Assembly (NCBI RefSeq): GCF_000143415.4
Contig: NW_003314410.1
Coordinates: 103,686-167,685, forward strand
Source: Selaginella moellendorffii
Taxonomy: Eukaryota; Plantae; Lycopodiophyta
DNA length: 64,000 nucleotides
Direction: 5' to 3'
Within the stretch, counting starts at the first letter, position 1, and every line of letters begins with the position of its first letter. The notes under the pieces were generated by a model. The model did no database searches, was not told the origin of the DNA, and saw nothing but the letters and a program-made list of their open reading frames with translations. Made by a program: the position numbers and the translations under genes. Of the stretch, positions 60,768-64,000 are shown piece by piece.

Positions 60768-61212
60768 TGTAAGCTTCTAAATTTAAACTTTTTAGATTTT
60801 ATGCATTATTCAAACCCAAAAATGCTTAATTTTAAATATTCCAGGACTTTTAATCAATTAGAAAAAGGTAAGTTTTTTCTCTTTATATTTAAACTTCATA
60901 AATTGTCTCTTAAGTCATTTTATTTGATTGTTTTATAATTCACCATACTTCCTTGTAAGTTAATGCCCTCGTGAACGGCAGCTGAAAGCTATAGCTCTCC
61001 TAAAAGACACGTTCTCATACTTCCTTGTACATAAATGCCCTCGTGAACGAAAGTTGAAAGCTATAACTCTCCTAAAAGCCTCATTCTCTTGATACCCTAC
61101 CTCTCAAATCAATCCCAATTGGAGAAAATTGAACGTGCCAGATGTCAATTAACATGTGGTGCAATTCTTGGACCCAAGACCTCTCTGATACCAAATATAA
61201 ATTTATGAATTT
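60768..61212 (-). mobile_element. Old, AT-eroded Cassandra-like TRIM copy
   Basis: Degenerate LTR at about 60768-60937, an internal domain homologous to 62757-62961 with a roughly 73-bp internal duplication, an intact PBS TGGTATCAGAG (61183-61193) and a stub of a second LTR. Confidence 0.75.
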
Positions 61213-61746
61213 AGCTGTAAGAGACTAAATTTTCCATTCTACTTTAATCATTTAACCACACCACCGACCAATTAGAGGAGTCTCATTCATAACCTCTCTA
61301 AGTTCAATTCAGAACTTAGGGCTTGCTAGCCCTGAGAATGGCACTCAACCTTTGCATCTAATCCAAGTGCTTCACGTGTTTGATCCCACGACTAACACCC
61401 CAAAGTACCACTGACATATCAACCCATTACGCTAAGGTTATGCCTTTTCACCTTGGTCACACTGGTGGTCTAACACCACCTGTATCACAATCTTGTCTTT
61501 CAATATTAGGCCATCCATCCATGAGTGATCATCCTACTCCTTAGCATCTTTAGGATGCCCACAGACATGGGGAATAGCCTTCCCTAATATCCTTTTCTTG
61601 GTCCTCTCCAAGTCCCTTCTTGTCTATGGCCGTGTTTGCCAACACTGCCACTGGATCAAAGCCCACAGGCCTGACTATTAAGTCTTACAGTCCTCTGGGA
61701 CTTCCTCACCACATGATTGTATCTTTGGTCACTATACTAGAGGATT

Positions 61747-62123
61747 GCACCTCTTCCTTTCTACAGTCTAGGCCTTTGGGACAACATTTTGAAACACCAT
61801 GTCCCTACATAAGCCTTGTGGGTACTCTCCCTGCCTTATGCTTTTAGGTGCTTTAGCTATGGGCTTAGAGTGAGGTTCCGTTGAGCCACGCCAAGTATCC
61901 AAGTAGGTAATGCCACCCATGCTTGGACTAGGAGCACCTCTTCCTTTCTACATTCTAGGCCTTTGGGACAACATTTCGAAACACTATGGCCCTATATAAG
62001 CCTTGTGGGTACTCTCCCTGCCTTATGCCTTTAGGTGCTTTAGCTATGGGCTTAGAGTGAGGTTCCGTTGAGCCACGCCAAGTATCCAAGTAGGTAGTGC
62101 CACCCATGCTTGGACTAGGAGCA
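61747..62123 (+). repeat. Tandem direct repeat, 2 x 187 bp
   Basis: gcacctcttcctttctaca...cacccatgcttggactagga starts at 61747 and 61934, with near-identical copies. Confidence 0.92.
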
Positions 62124-62272
62124 TCAACCATTCGATCTCTTGAGGGGACTAAAGCTAGGTCTTGAACTCTTCACCAAGCTACCATGCTTGTTAGTCCATA
62201 TTCATTGTAATTTTGGACTTCCCAGTGGTCAAGTCATCACCCAACAACTGGGTACAGCCTTCTTGGGCCAAA

Positions 62273-63154
62273 TGTAAGCCTCTTGTTCATGGGCCCTTTC
62301 CCTCTATATTTGAACCCTATGGATCATCTCTCAAGTCGTTCCTTTTGGTTGCTTACAATCCACCACGCTTCCTTGCAAGTTCACGCCCTCGTGAACGGAA
62401 GCTGAGAGCCGCAGCTCTCCTGAGAGCCTTGCTCTCTTGACACCCTACCCCTCGAGTCGAGCCCAGCCGGAGCAAACTAGACTTGCCAGATGTCAATCAA
62501 CATGTGGTACGATTCCCTTAGCCAACCGACAGAGTTGGACTCAAGACCTCTTTTATACCAAATGTAAGCTCCTGAGTTTGGACTTCCCGGGAGGTCACCC
62601 AGCCCAGTACTATTCAAATACAAGGACACTTAACCCCAAATATCCCAAGACCCTTAACCAATTGGAAAAGGGGGTGCACTCTTATTCATGGGCCCTTTCC
62701 CTCTATATTTAAACCCTATAGACCGTCTTTTGAGTCGTTATCTTTGGTTGCTTACAATCCACCATGCTTCCCTACAAGTTCACGCCCTCGTGAATGGAAG
62801 CTAAGAGCTGCAGCTCTCCCGAGAGCCCCGCTCTCTTGACATCCTACCCCTCGGGTCGAGCCCAGCGGGAATAAATTGGACCAGCCAGATGTCAATCAAC
62901 ATATGGTGTGATTCCCCTAGCCAACCAACAAAGTCGGACCCGAGACCTCTCTGATACCAAATGTAAGCTCCTGAGTTTGAACTTCCCGGGAGTCACCCAA
63001 CCCAGTACTATTCAAACCTAATGACGCTTAACTCTAACTATCCCAAGACCTTTAACCGATTGAAAAAGGGGGGGCATTTTTGTTCAGGGGCCTTTTCCCT
63101 CTATATTTGAACCCCAGGGATCGTTTCTTAAGTTGTTCCCTTTGGTGGCTTACA
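62273..63154 (-). mobile_element. Tandem-array TRIM (Cassandra-like) with 5S-rRNA-derived LTR domains
   Basis: LTRs at 62962-63154, 62563-62756 and 62273-62357 (internally deleted), each bounded by TGTAAGC...GCTTACA. Two 205-bp internal regions, PBS TGGTATCAGAG (62949-62959), PPT-like GGAAGCATGGTGGAT, TSD CCAAA (62268-62272 and 63155-63159), and 5S-like segments at 62981-63033 and 62582-62636. Confidence 0.9.
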
Positions 63155-63299
63155 CCAAATTGGCCTTTCCTAGCCAAACTAATTCCATTGGGTTTTAACC
63201 CCCCACATTTTCCCTACTAAACTTTTGGAACCCCCCCCCCCCCCCCCCCCTTCTGAGGGACGATCGCTTTGGGCTTTCATCCAACTGCTTGTATTAGTA

Positions 63300-63635
63300 T
63301 TTGGACTCGGACTTGGACTTGGACTTAATCTCAGTCCCGGTCTTGGACTCAGACTCAATCTCGGTCTCGGTCTTGGTCTCGGTTCCACCTCGGACTCCAT
63401 CTTGGGTCCATCTCAAACTCCATCTCAGACTCTATCTTGGACTCCATCTCGGGTCCATCTCAAACTCCATCTCAGGTCCATCTTAGGCTCCATCTTGGGT
63501 CCATCTCGGACTCCATCTCGGACTCTACCTCGGACTCCATCTCGGACTCCATCTCAGACTCCATCTCGGACTCTATCTCGGGTCTATTTCGGACTCCATC
63601 TCAGACTCCATCTCGGGTCCATCTCAGACTCTATA
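63300..63635 (+). repeat. Minisatellite: 6-bp (GGACTT/GGTCTC) units grading into 12-bp GGACTCCATCTC units
   Basis: Visible tandem units, preceded by a C20 run at 63231-63250. Confidence 0.9.
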
Positions 63636-64000
63636 TTAGGTCCTCTTGTGTCCCTTTTCTAGAGACTCACTTATTGCTTGCTTTGTGCTCGTTCCTCGAG
63701 CACTTCATTGGGAGTTCCACTCCTGCTCTCAACCTTTCAAGTCGGAGTTTTTAGTCCAAACATATTATGCTCATTTGGCTTTCGCTTCGGCCACTACCAT
63801 GTGGCACCCTGTCGGCTCCACTTTGGGGCTTAGGGATTTGGTGTCTCACAACTCCACCATCCATAGACGAAGTTTAATGTCCTCATTGAACGATAAACTA
63901 TTTTATAAAGTAATACTAGCATGTATTACCCTTTCCATCCTTGGCACCTAGCCAATATTCGTCAATGGTTTGAGAAAGTAGATACTGGCTTAATCCAGGG

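Noticed and set aside
62981-63033. Genuine 5S rRNA gene
   Set aside because: Only the internal promoter region (about 55 nt) is present, and it is embedded in LTRs.
63231-63250. C20 tract as a functional G-quadruplex or poly-Pro coding region
   Set aside because: Homopolymer inflation here and in the adjacent LTR suggests low-quality sequence.

Overview
Eukaryotic plant nuclear DNA. Very short introns (about 45-90 nt), GC-rich exons, dense gene packing and the PLS-PPR style suggest the lycophyte Selaginella (inference). Bases 1-15.5 kb are gene-dense: two PLS-E PPR genes, an ACHT/Lilium-type thioredoxin, an intronless galacturonokinase, a PHO1-like SPX-EXS gene, a 100-N gap, a RAD21/REC8 kleisin, a beta-carbonic anhydrase and an orphan ORF with papain-fold-like motifs. 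Bases 15.3-27.0 kb and 45.5-55.3 kb are the two arms of a giant degenerate inverted duplication. The arms contain BAHD acyltransferase copies, decayed fragments of neighbouring genes and a roughly 0.6-0.8 kb repeat. Between the arms lie a mostly single-copy core (BRO1-like, PIRL, AG peptide, plastid RPL12, Di19, F-box/LysM) and a further BAHD duplicate. Bases 56.7-60.2 kb hold the intact donor genes: cytochrome c6A, a DUF3082-like gene (possibly spliced in frame to c6A) and spermidine synthase. The window ends with Cassandra-like TRIM retroelements carrying 5S-rRNA-like segments in their LTRs, including a three-LTR tandem array with a 5-bp TSD, plus tandem repeats and minisatellites. All calls come from manual reading and motif recognition; no searches were run.
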